Part shown: positions 49,132 to 63,916 of the stretch, one piece after another
How the letters are laid out: every line of letters starts with the position of its first letter
How positions within the stretch are numbered: the stretch's first letter is position 1
NCBI RefSeq assembly: GCF_004010195.1
Contig: NC_057720.1
Coordinates: forward strand, 27,527,899 to 27,591,898
Reading direction: 5' to 3'
DNA: 64,000 nucleotides
From: Chiloscyllium plagiosum
Lineage: Eukaryota
Position numbers and translations under genes: made by a program
The notes under the pieces: model-generated
What the model was told of the DNA's origin: nothing
The model's input: only the letters and a program-made list of their open reading frames with translations
The model's database searches: none

Positions 49132-52100
49132 GTAAACACTTGAGATTGAAACTCAAAGGAATCACTTATTGAATTTCTGATTAGCTTGGAGACTATCAAT
49201 TAATGTTTAAATTAAACAGTTCTTTGCTGTTTTTGTTAGCAAGTTAAATTTATTTAAAACGAAGATCACAAATGTCCTACTTAATTGAATATTTTATTTT
49301 CTAATGGCAGTGGTGAATTTCTACATTTATGGTTATTTCAAAGACATAGTTGCAATTTTTTTTAGAGAATTCACTGGCTAAATGACTGGATGTACAATCC
49401 AGTGTAATACTTAACAATACGTACAGAGACTGATCACAACCAGAGCAAAATTCAGATAATACAACTTGTTTTCAAAATTTATGGCTAATTTAGGGAAACA
49501 TGAATTAAGGAATTAGGAAATCATAGGACTGCAGACTGAGAACATATGCAGCTAACATAAACCAGAAAGTGGTGCAAAACACAGCAGATGTATTAGTATT
49601 GTTGGAAAGAAAAGTCAAGTTAACGTTTCTAGACAATAATGTCATTTGTTCAGACTGTTGAGATTAATGTATTTAATTTAATACATTAATTTAATGTAAT
49701 ATATGCAGTTATGCATATTACTGCTGAGATAACTTGATGGAATTTTTTTTTTTCTCATTACTTATTTGTTTAACGTGTAGTTAAGCCTATTAGTTCAATC
49801 CAATCCAAATCAAATGACATGTATAATAAAATTCTGCCCTAGATTTAACAATTCTTACAGAAACAATATCTGAGTATAGGCATTTCTTCTGAATGGTTCA
49901 ATTTTCAAGAATAGCTTTATAAAGCTTCAAAAGTCTTTCATTATAACTCAAATCCCACGATAAAATGCTAGTGTTTACTTCCTGAAAGCTAATTTGTGTA
50001 CTCATTCGATAACTAGGTAATTTGTATCAACCTTTGCACAAATAAAATTACTTGCAATAAATTTGAACTCTGATGCACCTTTTGTCAATCTGCTGATCAT
50101 CATATGCAACAACGTACTTATAAACTGATGCTCTGTACAAATTATTATGAATAAATATGATTAATAATCAAACTTGTAATATAACCCACATCATGTAAAA
50201 TTATACAACTCCCATCTTTTTGGAGGAGGGAGGAGAAGTTATTAGAGAAGATTATGAAGTCTTCATTTGAATTTAGGATTAAATTTCAAACTGTATAAGA
50301 TTAGGTGTTCATGATCCTTATCTCTCCGAGTAGTTTGATTATCAAAAGTTATATGAAGTAAACTTTAGATTGATGTAATAGTACTTGCAACTGATGGCAT
50401 CGCAAATTTTTGATCGGATAATTACTCAACATCATCAGAGATGACTTTGCGCACTAATGAAAACATCATTTTGACTGTATTTGTTCTAAACCTTTATAAA
50501 ATATTTTTTTTTCCTTGGTATTCCTCTGGAACTACCTCATTTGACCTAGTTAGGTGATAACTCACCCCAGAACTGGCTTTTCACCCTAAACCTAGCCCTA
50601 TCTTCAAATCATAGGAAGGGAAAGAAGCTAATAATGTTAGGCCATGAAGGGATTAGAGAAAATTTAACTTCAAACCATAAGGACAGATGTGCTAAGCCAC
50701 ATTATATTCCTGTGCACTTGCATTCCTTTAATATAATAATCCCAATTACATATTTTCTTTTTTTTTCATGTTGTGATGAATGTGACCAATAATGGCCTAA
50801 GATTATGCAATATCAGCATTACTTCTAGGTTATGAAATAAATGACAGTAACTGTATGTGCTGTGTAATTAGACAAAAAAACAATCATTTTAGTGTACCTA
50901 TTTGGCAGTGAAATTCAGGTACTTTGGATAAGGAACAAGATTCCAGTTTTAAAAAGTTTATACAGTCACAGGAGGTCATCATACCTTGTCCACTTAAGGT
51001 TCTAATTCTGCCTGATGTCCTAATGGCAATCTCAACAGATTACAAATGATTTAAGAGTTCAATTTTTTTTAAATTGCGTATTTGATTCTTGTAACTACTG
51101 AAATATCATACCTACATAAATGACGTAGATTTTTACAAAACAAGGCAATCTAATTCCTACTCACCTACATTAGCTAGGCCCCAGAAATATTTTAGATATC
51201 TCATTCTGCATTTTATTTTCATTTCGCATATTTGGGTCACTCCGACTGAAGCAGTGAAGAAACTTGATTTCTTACCTCTCCCAGTGGAACACTTGAACAT
51301 TTCTCCCACTTCCTATAAGAGGGTGCACTACTTCTGCTTAATACATGCTGATGTCACAACTAAGATCAGGAGTTTACTGTTTTGGGAGCATTGGTTGTAA
51401 AGTGTGCAGTCATCAAGGACTCACGTTAGATTGATGTCTACATTCAAATAATCGATCTGATGATTTTATAACAAATCAAAGTACACTATAGAGAATCATA
51501 TCCCTGTGTTCAGTAGTCATTTTGTTTCACAGCAATGATAAATACTTTGCTTAAAATTTGAGCTGATCATGTTAACAGTGATGAACTATCCTGCACTTCA
51601 GCAGTCAAAGTGTTAATGTGTAGTAGTTAAATTTTCAAAGGCCAAGTGTCATGTGAAGCGATTATTAATATGGGCTCATGGACTGAGACAAAATCCAATT
51701 GTTTCATAATGACAATGAGCTGTATTTTACAATGAATATGCCTTTCAAAAAAGTATAGGTGTCAGCTCAAAAAAAATGGAATGTCAAGTCTTAAATTCCT
51801 TTGATTAGACTGGTGGAATTGAAAGCAACACAGAACTCAAACAAAAGGTTTTTGTAGTCAAAAGATCTCATATGAAGTGTTTCTTGTCCTACCTGAGGTA
51901 GACTTCGCAAATTTCTATTCTTTCACCTGTCTAATTTGTTTACTTTAAATGTTGAAGTTAGAAATAGCAGTTTTAAATGTTTTGTGTAGCTGTGTGTTTG
52001 TTAGAACAACTAAAGAATTATTGAAATATTTATTCCCTGATTTATTCCACATAGAAAATGCAGTGTTTTTTGTCACTGTAACTTATGCTAATATAACTAC

Positions 52101-52559
52101 ATGATTTAAAATTGTTTTACATAAATCAACACGTGAATTTATTACAGTGTATTTCACGTTCAGTTTGAACTTGATTTACAAATGCATAGATTAGAAGTTT
52201 TTTTTGGGCTACTGGAAATGATAACAAAATCAACATACATTGACATGTGTAAACTACCTGTCCAGCCTTGATTCCTGACTGAAATAGGCCTCCTTTTCCA
52301 ATTTAATGACCATTTCAGAAACCCTTAAACTATTCTAAATTAGAGAAATTCCCATTTTTATTACAGTTTAGTTTACATTTTAATTCATTTGTTCAGTGGA
52401 ATTGCCTTAATATTTGGCAGATTTAGGCAGACGTTGAATGTGCAACTATCCCTTACAATATGGAGAATTGACTGTTCATTCTGTTTTTCTCTCTTTAAAT
52501 ATAATTACAAATTATTTTTAATTTTAGTTTTAGATTTATTTTGCTTATAATCAACTTGT

Positions 52560-52980
52560 GAATGGAGGAACAGGAGTAGACCATTCTGCCTATTGACCTT
52601 GCTATCATGATTGATCAACCACTTCAGTGTCTTTATCCACACAATCCTCATTCCACTTTACACCATTGATAATTAAAAATCTATCAACCTCCACTAAATA
52701 TACTCAAAGACCGAACTTCCACTGACCTCTGTGATAGAGAATTCCAAGATTCACAACCCTATGATTAAAATATATTTTCCTCCTCTTGACCCTAAACCCT
52801 TATTTTAAATTGTGCTCCCTGGTTCCAGATTTCTCAACTAAAGGACACATCCTACTTAAACCAACCTTCTCTGTCCCTTTAGGTATTTTGTAGGTTTCAA
52901 TGAGATCACCTCTCATTCTTCAAAACACCAGAGAATACAAGCTCAGTTTTCCCAATCCTTGTTCATAGCACAATCCCCCT
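52560..52980 (-). mobile_element. Old CR1 3' end
   Basis: ggagtagaccattctgcc...aatgagatcacctctcattctt; same family as 18327-18596. Confidence 0.75.
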
Positions 52981-53809
52981 ACAAACTGGAAATATTTGAT
53001 AATTTACTTCAGTTTCAATGATACTAAAGGGGATATTTGTCACACTTGAAATATCTAGTAGTCAGCTCAAATAAATCATGTCTGCAAAACAATTTCTTGA
53101 TTGTATGAGTAATAGAAGATGGGTTGGAATCAACACTTTAGAAAATGATTTCTGTTGTATTTTACCCCAACATGACATTTTGTGAAGTTAATACAGGTGT
53201 TTTTCATAGGTTTCTTTTGACAACCTAATCATACTTTGTCCATTAACACCCTTATCAATGTGTAGATCATGAGCGTGGCAAGTTCTCCATAATGAGAATA
53301 GGATGATGAATGTTCCAGACTCTTTTGTGCATTGATGGTTTTAGAGGTCACATTATTAAGAAAGGAACTTTAAATTTGAGAGATATTTGGACTTTGCCCT
53401 ACTCCACTATGATATATAAAGTTCACACCTTCAGTTAGGTTTATTTTGCTTCCCATGGGAAGAACCTGATTTATATACGGGAACTAATATATGAGTAATT
53501 TTACATGTTATTGGTCCCAAATTTTTATCTTATTACTGCATTAATACTTAGCCAGACAATAAAAACATTTGTCATTCACTTTTCATTTATTTCTGTTTTT
53601 AAGACCTTCTATTTTTTGATTTGTAATTTTGAATATAACTTTTGAATTGATGATATTTTCAAGATCATTCCTCTACTCTTCTCCCCAAAAAAGAAAAAAT
53701 AACCCAGAGCAGAATTTAAAAAGATAAACTAAATTACCTGAAGACAAAGATTGTATTGAAATTGTTAAATGTTGACGGAATGAATAAATCTAAAATAATT
53801 AAAATAATT

Positions 53810-55475
53810 GAGTCTTCTGGTAACTCATTCCATACATGCATCAGGTCCCTTTTAAATCTTTCCCCTTTCACCTTAAACTTATGCTCTCTAGTTTTGGACT
53901 CCCCCATCCTCGGAAAAACATATTAGTATCCTATCCATGCCACTCATGATATTAAAAAACTCTATAAGGTCTCCCCTCAGCCTCTGACGCTCTGGGGAAA
54001 AAAGACCCCAGCCTAAACAGCCTCTCTGTCTAACTCAAACCTTCCAGATCCAGCAACATCCTTGTAAATCTTTTCTGAACCCTCTCAAGTTTAACAATGT
54101 CCTTGTTATAGAAGGGTGACCAGAATTGTACACAATATTTAAAAAGTGGCCTCACCAATGTCCAGTACAGCCACAATATGATATCTCAACTCCTGTACTC
54201 AGTGCTGACCAATGAAGTCAAGCATCCCAAATGCCTTCCTTACCACCCTGTGTAGTTCCAACTCCGCTTTCAATGAACTATGCACCTGCACTCCTAGGTC
54301 TCTTTGTTTGATAACACTTTGCAGGGCCCTGCCATTAATTGTATAAGCATTGCCCTGGTTTGCCTAGGCAAAATGCAACATCTCATATTTATCTAAATTA
54401 AACTCTATCTGCCCTGCCTCAGCCTATTGGCCCATCTGATCAAGGTGCCGTTGTACTCTGAGATAATCTTCTTCCCTGTCACTACGCCAGCTAATTTGGT
54501 GTCAGCTGCAAACTAACTAACTATACCTCCTATATTCACAACCAAATCATTTATACAAATGACACAAAGCAGTGGACCCAGCACTGATCCTTGTGGTGCA
54601 CCTCTGGTCACAGGTCTCCAGACCAAATTCTCCACCGCCACCTTCTGTCTCTTACCTTCAAGCCAATCTTGTATTCAGTCGGCCAGCTCCTCCTGGATCC
54701 CATGTGACCTAACCTTAGTAACCATTCTACCGTGCGGAACCTTGTCAAAAGCTTTGCTGAAGTCCATATAGACAATGGGGCGAAAGTGAAGACTGCAGAT
54801 GCTGGAGATCAGATTCTAGATTAGGGTGGTGCTGGAAAAGCACAGCAGATCAGGCAGCATCCAAGGAGCAGGAAAGTCAACGTTTCGGGCAAAAGCCCTT
54901 CATCAATGAAGTCAATACAGGCAATGTCTACCTCTCTGCCTTTATCCATCTTCTTTGTCACCTCTTCAAAAAATTGAATCATGTTAGTGAGACACAATTT
55001 CCAATTTCCATGTTGATTATCACTAATCAGTCCTTGCCATTCCAAATGCACGTAAATTCTGTCCATCAGAATCCCCTCCAACAACTTACCATTGCTGACG
55101 CAAGACTCGCAAATCTGTAGTTCCCTGACTTTTCCTTACCACCTCTCTTAAATAATGGCACCACATTAGCCACCCTGCAGTCTTCTAGTACGTCATCTGT
55201 GGCCAGTGATGATGCAGATATTTCAGCAAGGGATCCAGCAATCTTTTTCACTAGCTTCTCACAAAGTTCTGGGAAACACCTGATCAAGTCGAGAGGATTT
55301 ATCTACCTTTAAGCATTTTAAGACCACCACCACTTCCTCTTCTGTAATATGGACTTTTTTCAAGATATCACTGTTTATTTTCCCACGTTACCTAGCTTTA
55401 ATGTCCTTCTCCAAAGTGTAAACTGACGTAAAATATTTGTTTAGTATCTCGCCTATCTCCTGTGGCTCCACACAC
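53810..55475 (-). mobile_element. CR1 ORF2 fragment with a family A insert (54778-54906, - strand)
   Basis: ORFs 55066..55287 (ANVVPLFKRG.KE..GNYR) and 54821..55084. The insert is flanked by an imperfect 20-bp duplication (54758-54777, 54907-54926). Confidence 0.9.
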
Positions 55476-56780
55476 TTAAACTGAATGTTACTGAAATTAA
55501 TGTTTTGAGGCTGAGATTTTGTACAACTCACACTTCTGCCCATCCAGACATAAAGTTGGCCTGCAGTTACCTTGGTTCACTTCATTCCAGTGACATTTTG
55601 GATAGAAAGTGAGTCATAAGGAGAAGAAAATCTCATGGCAAAGAGGAAGATACATGGAGCAGAGTGACTTGATAGCTCTCCCAAGAGCTAGCACATGGTG
55701 TAAATGACCTTTTGTAGTGTCTCATGCTATGATTCCATGACAATGAAAGGAACCAATTTACATATTGTTTTTATGATCCCACCACTTTGCAGAGTAAGCA
55801 TCATGCCTTTTGTATGGAACAGATTCAGTATGTGTCACTCCAAACTAGATATGTTCAAAGGCTGCCTTACTGTCCTCACTCTTAAGTAGAGGCATTCACT
55901 TCTCATATGTATTCGTTTATTTGTTACATACAAAAAGATCTAAGAAACTGCTGGTGTTAAAAGACTGGTAATGTCGTAACGAATTTCAAAATTCTGAACT
56001 ACTGCCTAATTGGTTATCCGAATTTAATGGTCTTGCAAATGAAGGGATTAACAGGTGAAATTAGCATTGCACAGTAAGATTAGCAAATAAGCAAGGTACC
56101 AGTTAAAATTAGCATAATGCAAAATAATTATCTTCTTCAAATTAAAGCCAAAGTGTTACATCCTCGATCTTTCATTTTAACTCTCTGATGTTCCAATGAT
56201 TCGATTGTCACTATTATCAAATGATGAATCTAAACACTGCAACCATAGTAAAACATTTCTCATTATATATGAATCATGTATGTTGGATTGATCGATAACG
56301 GTAAAAGATTTTTAAAATTTCCTTACTGGGCTGTATCTACTGAAGCCGTTGAGCATTTCTGGAAGATGGGCCGTGCACTTGTGGATGCTGATGGAAAAAC
56401 ACCACTGCAGTCCTAAAGATACACATTCTACAAATGGGCTAAGCAGAAATTTTTAAAGTTTTTTCAAAAAGAATGAGATGAAATGAGCCAGTTTAGCCCA
56501 ATTTAAATGCTAGTCTTTAAACTTCATATCTGAAACAAGTAATTTAATAGTGAGTCTGGCTCATGGATCACCTAAAGAACTATAGACCACAAATACACAC
56601 AACTCAAAAGCAGTGTCAAGAAAAAGGCTGATGGTGAGGTATGCCCTCTATAAATCCAGCTTTAGTGATTTATTTCAGTGACTAACCTGCAAAATGTTCC
56701 TAGTAAGCAATAGTTTTGCAATCTCGCAATTTTCCCCAAAACTGAGCTGTTTAAGTTTGTCTAGGGATGCCAAACACACA

Positions 56781-56915
56781 AAAACCCAAAAGAACTGCGG
56801 ATCCTGAAAAACTGAAACAAAAACATAAATTTCTGGAAAATCTCAGCAGATCTGGCAGCATCTATAGAGAGAAATCAGAGTTAATGCTTCGGGTCCAGTG
56901 ACCCTTCTTCAGAAC
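56781..56915 (-). mobile_element. Family B single-arm element
   Basis: - strand CTGAAGA-A-GGGTC-actg-GACCC-GAAGC (mutated core); homologous to 12680-12815. Confidence 0.8.
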
Positions 56916-57671
56916 ACCCACGCTTACTCAACAAACCAGTGATGCTAATATGTCCATGGAGGTGTATGTGAGTTGGATTGTCCCGATATTGCGCTGTTCA
57001 CAGCTTAGCCCCAGACTTCACCCCACCCCACCAAGTGAACAGTATGCTTGAATAGGTTTATGGAACTCAAAATTGCCATTGAAACTCAAAATAAATACTT
57101 GAAGCACTAATGATTTAATGTGAAATTGTGCATGGGATGGAATTTTTCTTACTAAACAGGACTTATTTCTGCAATTGCATGAAGTGAAGGTATTAAATTA
57201 GAAATACAAGGCAAAGTCTGCATTGTTAAGTTTTTTTTGTATTGATACTCTTTAAGCAACTATACTCAGGGGTTCAAATAAAGAGTCAAATTACAGTGCA
57301 ACCAAGTCCTACAAGACATTAACTAGAGAATGCTGTTTCAGTACTTCATGGACAAGTAATAATACAAAAATATTAAATATATATTCTTTCCCTTCATATA
57401 GGCTAGTGTTTTATGTTGGTGGAAAATACTGAAAAGATAATATTCTTTGAATCGGTGTTTCAGTTATCACTGTCCACATGATGAAAATATTCCAAGTCAG
57501 TTGAGATAATTGCTGACTGTAGAAACAATTTGTGTTATTTGAAACCTCTGAGTATAGAAGTGTTCCTTCACCGATTTAACACTGAGATTCGTTTCTTTTC
57601 CGCTGGTACAAACTAATTCGTTTTCTTCCCCCTTTTTTTAAAAAAATGTTTCTGCCCCATTTTCTTCACAG

Positions 57672-57704
57672 GTCCAAGTGTCCCCAGTTGCCCAAACAAC
57701 TCAA
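57672..57704 (+). CDS. PTPRF: 33-nt microexon meD/LASE-d-like (GPSVPSCPNNS)
   Basis: Branch-like ACTAAT (57612), long pyrimidine tract, TGC at 57653, CAG acceptor and GTTAGT donor; phase 1-1. It resembles the mammalian LAR 11-aa insert S.PSCPN.S between QTP and MRDHPP. Confidence 0.9.
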
Positions 57705-60700
57705 GTTAGTTTAATTGTCCTGTGTCTTTTCTGCATTTTTTTCTGTATATTTCCTCTTGCTCTGCCATGAAGGTCATTTTTGCACAAAGAACCTAATCTC
57801 AGTTCCAATATGACTAATTGAGCAGTGTCCCCTTTGGTTATCTACACAGCCTCAATTTCTGTGGTATATGTGTGTATTCCAAAGTTATCATATTTGTAAT
57901 TAATTTTAAAAAGCAAACATTTGTAGTTTTCTCCAACCTCTGAGTCACAAAATGAATTGCTAAACAGTTTGATAGGCACACTAGCAGACAAACTCTCATC
58001 CTCAAAGGACTGAAATGCTGAATTTCTACTTTTGAAGGTCTTTCAGCAATACATAGGAATTGAAGTAACAGCTTTAAGTACTAAACATGTTTTAATTTAT
58101 AATGCAAATGCAATGGATTTATACTCCTCAGCAATTTAAAGCCCTTTTTACCATTTTCCATATGCAGCATTTTAATAGCCGAGAAAAGAAATTTCAGCTT
58201 TATAAAACTGAATTTTTGCTCAGACATCCTGTTCTTAAGACAAATTGAAATAAGATTTATTTTAGAAATTTAAAGTGGATTAATTTCTATTGCAGTCTCT
58301 AAGTTGTGTATGCCAATGTTATAAATATCGTAGATACGAAGAAAAAGCACCAAAATATCCGTAGGGGTTTTTTACATTATTCTGTTTCTTATCAAACATA
58401 AAGTTGGAAAGCAAGGCTATTGCACATTTTGAATTGCAATATTAAAAGCAGTTCGTCTTTTGAGTATCTCCATATTTTATGAAGGCAGAGAATTGAAGTT
58501 ATAAAACACAAAGTCTTAATGAAGTTGTGAGTCAAACTTTACAAATTCTAATCAATGCAATAAATGCTATGCAGAATGTTTGCAATGTTGGTGTACATTG
58601 GCTGAAGAGTTGTGAAATATGCTCAGTGGTCGACTTCAAATATATTTGTAGAACAGGTAAAATCTAAACAGTGCACTGTTATGGTGCAGTGGCAATGACC
58701 CTATCTCTGAGCCTGGAAGCCCAGTTCAAATCCTACATGCCTCAGAGGTGTGTAATAGCATCTCTGAACAGGTTGATTACAAAATATCGAAATAAAATCT
58801 AATCTGTTTGCAATTTCCATCTGTCTCAGTGTAGGGTGCATTTAATTATTCCGCAATTTGGAATTTAGCTGCAATTTCTGCCATCAATATATTTCCTAAT
58901 AAATAGCTGCTCAAGGTATTTGTTCAATTGTATAACCAAGGATCTAGAATACTTGACATTTCTACTAGATACAGACGATGAAGTCTATGCCAAAATACTG
59001 GTGCAGTAATGATATTCTGCCACTAGATGCCACCTGTTATTTATATTAGAATTTTGATTTTATTAATTTCACATTTGTTCACTCACTTATCACAGAATCA
59101 CTGTTCAATCATTGCACCATTATTTTGTTCACCTTCATCTTCAAATTCTCCCATTGGTTTTCTAAAATCTAATAAATGGTCTAATACAAGACTCATATTA
59201 ATAATATTGTATAAATGCCCACTGGGATTTTCACACCAATTTCAACCAGATGAACCACTTACTTGCACCTCTTGTGCTAATGCAGGATTAAATTTCAGTT
59301 CAGGGCCTTTTACTATGTATCAGAATTGATACTGAAAATCTTAACCACAATAACATCCTACCATTTAATGGTTAAATATTAGAATTTAAAATTATATTCT
59401 GAAGATGTATTTTTGTTATGTGAAATCATAACATTTCTAATACCTTTTCTGTTGAATAAGTTGTCCAGTGTTATGATTGATATTACAACAGGCTAATCAT
59501 ATCATGGAACACAGGATAGACATCAAGATGTAGAACAACATTATTGTGCCAATTATTTTTGAAGATCATGTTAATCAAGTATAGAAAAATTCAATCTGGA
59601 TATCTGAATAGGAACCAAGCTTCCCAACCGTTGATCTTAACAGTAATAAAAGTGCTCTGTTCCTAAGGGTAACTGATCTGAATTCCAGTACGGATTTATT
59701 TATTTCATTTTGGTGGAGATTTCATTAGATGTTTGTTTGTAACCCTGTTCTAATGAATTGCCAGCTATTTAAAAATGAAGAATTACCTTTGAAGTATTTG
59801 GTAACCTGTACATATCTCTGTGATAATTTAGTGTCTGATTTTGCATATTGGCATCAGTCAGGCTATAACCATGAGCTTGGCTCAGCACTGTAAAATATTA
59901 TGCAATATTGTAGAAGTGCTGGATCCAGACTTTGGTGCAGCACTAAGTGAAATCCCCTCATGCAAAGTGGAAATGTCATGCCTGTTCTGGGAATAGAGCC
60001 TACGTATGTTAATATTAGTGCATGGATTTGTGCTGATATCAGAATTCTGAGTCCAGGATTACCAAGTCATTTTGAATGTTAAAATTGTATGTGGATGCAA
60101 CTTTTAGAATGGCAGGCGCCACCCTTTCATTGAATGATGAATTAATGAAACAATTCAAAGAAATGCAGTGTAGTTTAAATCTGACTTTACAGTTAAATTA
60201 TAGAAGTCTTATGGCATAGAAGAAGGTCATTTGGCCCGTCATACCTGCAACAGCTCTTCAAACGAGCATCCCTACCCAGTACCAATCTCCTTCTTTTTCC
60301 CATACGTATTCACATTATTTTTATTCAAAGATTAATGTTTGATGACTGGTGAGTCTTCGTTACTGTAGTTTCACAATTTTCTTTGACTCCTATGTGCAGA
60401 TAGAATTATTGACTTGGTCTGTTTGTGAGAATTGGAAGGAACCTGAGGATGTTTAAAACAAAAGGATGAAATTGCTGCCATACTTGATACTTAAAAAACT
60501 TACACATCTAAAATTATCAGCAGGTAATAAAGCATGAATGCCCACAGCTGACTTCAAACTCACGTAGATTTTTGATCTCTATGACCAATGGTGTAACTCT
60601 GTCACCAAGCACCCCTTAATACGAATTCTAAATCTCCATTTGCAGTGATAGCGTAAAGCTGGTCCAAGAGCCAGTTCAATTAAATAATTCCCAAGTGGAC

Positions 60701-61727
60701 AATTAAAAATATTAAAATGAAATCAATTTTAAACTTTATTACTTAGAACAAAATGGAAATTGACACAAGCATTGTGAAGAAGATAGAAGCTGAAAAACCA
60801 TTGAAAGAAATCTTTTTGAACAAAAAAGTTCTAAAATTCAAGTCATTAACCATGATGGCAATATTCAACAACCCTCTGCAAATATAAAGTTTTATTTTCA
60901 AGGCCAGATCTGTTGTACAGTGATGTTATGCTGGGAAGACTGTCAAAGTGAAGAATTATTCTGAACTGCTGCGTATTTTTATTTTCTTCCCAAGCACCAG
61001 CAAAAACAACAAGATTGTATTGAAATTATTGTTTTCCATTTTAAGTAAATTATAAGTTTCGCTTTACCAAATGCTATGTAAAAGTATAAACAGAATGTGA
61101 GCTTTTTAGAGGTAGTAATAATTCTAGTGTGCCTATTAATTACAATAATGATGCAAAAATGTGAATGCATGAAGCAGAAAAAATATATACTTGTTCTCCC
61201 TCACTCCCTCGATGACTTGAGTGATTAATATTTTTGGAAAAAGAGAAAGAGTAAGAAACCTTTGGGGTATTCTTGCAAGATGGATTATTCTGTTTACATT
61301 TTAAAACCGAAACATGACTATGGATTGATTATCAACTCAGTCTGTGTAGATGAGAAAAAGGGACTGCTGCAATTTTAACAACCTTTACTATGTTTTTCAT
61401 TCAAATCTGCCTTTGTCATCACTTTTCTGTGTGTAACCGCATATGGGCCGCTTAGAAACTGTGTGCTATGTGATCAGTGACTGTTGCATCTGAGCATGTT
61501 CAGTAGAGAACAATTTCAACCATACAGTTATATTTTTAAAAATCCACAAATATTGGCGCATGTTATATTGTAATTCCAGCGTTTTTTGGTAATATCACAC
61601 ATAACCTTTTTACATGCATAATGCATATGTGCTTTTAACACTTATTTCATTTTATTTATGTTCACAAAAACGTTGTCATGTTCTGTATTTAAATATCTCA
61701 CTGACTTTATGGCTCTTATTTGGTTAG

Positions 61728-61825
61728 GCATGAGGGACCATCCACCAATCCCCATCACTGATCTTGCTGACAACATTGAAAGATTGAAGGCCAATGATAA
61801 TTTGAAGTTCTCACAGGAATATGAG
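61728..61825 (+). CDS. PTPRF: PTPRF exon: wedge / start of D1 phosphatase region ([32 protein letters not shown])
   Basis: TAG acceptor and GTAGGT donor; 98 nt, phase 1 to 0; near-identical to human PTPRF as I recall it. Not in the ORF track. Confidence 0.96.
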
Positions 61826-62349
61826 GTAGGTTGAGAATCAAAATAATAAGTGTATTCTGAACATCATGCTAACTTTCTTTTTGCATTGAGCATATTTGTG
61901 TCCTTTAAAGTGCTAGAAATTATCATGTAATAAGAAATGAAAAGTTTATTTCTTTGCATCTGTTGTCTATATCAAGAGTTCCCAAGTCAGATGCACTGCA
62001 GAATTTCCTCTAATTATTTTGACGGAATGCCTCACAACTCCAATTGCAAGAAAATAAATCTCAGCAACTGCTAGAAATCTAAAATAGTATATATGTGCAA
62101 CTCAACATAAAAATCCTGTGAATGTGCTCCTTATTTTTTCCATTGACAAGTTTTCATTTCAATAGTTTTGTTTGAGTCATTTTAATGCAGTAGTTCTATT
62201 AACATAAGCAGAGGGTACCTGACTTCTTTGTACCATTCTCATAAAATATAACTCAATGGCAATACAGTTTGCATTGATTCATGTTAGAACTTGCTACTGA
62301 TTTGAAATGGAGCAATCTGTCTAGAACTGAATGGTGATTAATTAAACAA

Positions 62350-62555
62350 AACCAAAATATTGTGGAAACTGAAAAATCTCAATTGAAAACAAAACATGCT
62401 GGAAATACTCAGCAGGTCAGGTACGATCTGTGGCGAGAAAAAGTTAATGTTTCAGACGATATTAATGAAAAGTCATTTATGTGAATCATTAAGTCTGTTG
62501 CTCTCCATAGATGCTGCCTGACCTACTGGACATTTCCAGTGTTTTTGCTTTTATT
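62350..62555. mobile_element. Degenerate palindromic family B-like element
   Basis: ctggaaatactcagcaggtcagg pairs with cctgacctactggacatttccag. Confidence 0.7.
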
Positions 62556-63698
62556 CTATAAATTAATTAAAATTGTCTGAAGTTCCCAATACATTGAAAA
62601 CCAGAAAAAAAGAATAGAACTGTTTGGGATCTATTACAATTTGTAGAATTTTAGACATTGTATGTTGTATTTACAACTTTAATACCTTTCTGTTTGTGCA
62701 TTTGTAGTGCAATGTGTAACAATTTTAAAATATGAACATTAATATTTTTTCAACCAATAGGATTTAATAATTGATTTACTGTCTGTTAGAAGACTGAAGG
62801 AGGGCATAATTAAATGTAGAATTATTTAATATCAATTACAGATTAGTTGTTGAGTTTATTATAATCAATTCTCTAAACTGTACACCATGCTACACGAGGT
62901 AAATGATTGAATTCTATTGACAGAATAGGTACTTAGTTTTAATTTCACAGACCTCATACTGATTCAAAGTATGGCTAAAAGCTTGACCAAAGAAATTTAT
63001 TTTCAGGAATGCGAAGTGGAGAGCCTTAGAAAAGCAATTCTGGTTTGGACCTATATCCCATGAAAAGTGAGGTAAAATAAACTGGTGGTTTGTTAGAGGT
63101 ATTGGTTGGTAGATGACCAAGTTCTACAAGTGCCGTAGTCCTGGAAAAGATTGTAGACACAGGAATGAGCAAGATTATGGAGGGTTTAGAATATAAGGAT
63201 GTGTATTTTAAACTGGAACATTGGTGAATTAATGAAAGAAGTAATTCAAATCTCGCATCGACATATGCACAAAATCTACTGCAACTTTTTTCCGACACTA
63301 CTTAAATTATGGAATATTACGTGAGAAACACAAATAAAAACTCACTTGGCTAGTAGACTGATGGAATAAATTTCAATTATTCACTTTGGTACAACCTCAA
63401 AATGTGATGAAATAAAAGATTTCTTCCCCAGTTATGACTTGAGTCATGACAAAATACCATTGAGCATTTAATGAAGAATTGACACAGTGTGACAGAAGAA
63501 GCATCCAACAAAAATGCTTTTTTTTTAATATCTCGGTTTATAGAATTATATGCCAAACCATATGTGCAAAATTCAAACTCTAATCCAAAGTTGGTGCTAA
63601 ATCAAAGAAGGAAAACATGTTTTGGGTGAAAGTTGTGTGTTTTGAAGGAAGATGGAGAGGTTGAAGAGAGAGTTCCTAATTAGAACTAGACAGCTGAA

Positions 63699-63916
63699 TA
63701 AAAACCGAAAGAACTGTGGATGCTGTGAATCAGAGACAAAAAATAGAAATTGCTGAAAAAGCTCAGCAGGTCTGGCGGCATCTATGGAGAGAAATCAGAG
63801 TTAATGTTTCAGATCAAGTCACCCTTGAAGGTTGCTTGACCCAAAATGTTAACTGATTTCTCTCCACAGGTGCTGCCAGACCTGCTAAGCTTTTCCATCA
63901 ACTTCTGTTTTTGTCT
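63699..63916. mobile_element. Family B palindromic element with 12-bp TSD inside an L2-like fragment
   Basis: TAGACAGCTGAA at 63687-63698 and 63917-63928; inverted arms. Confidence 0.88.

Noticed and set aside
8835..61825. Assignment to PTPRD or PTPRS
   Set aside because: [40 protein letters not shown] and ILYNGQS match PTPRF better than its paralogues as I recall them; a phylogeny would confirm.
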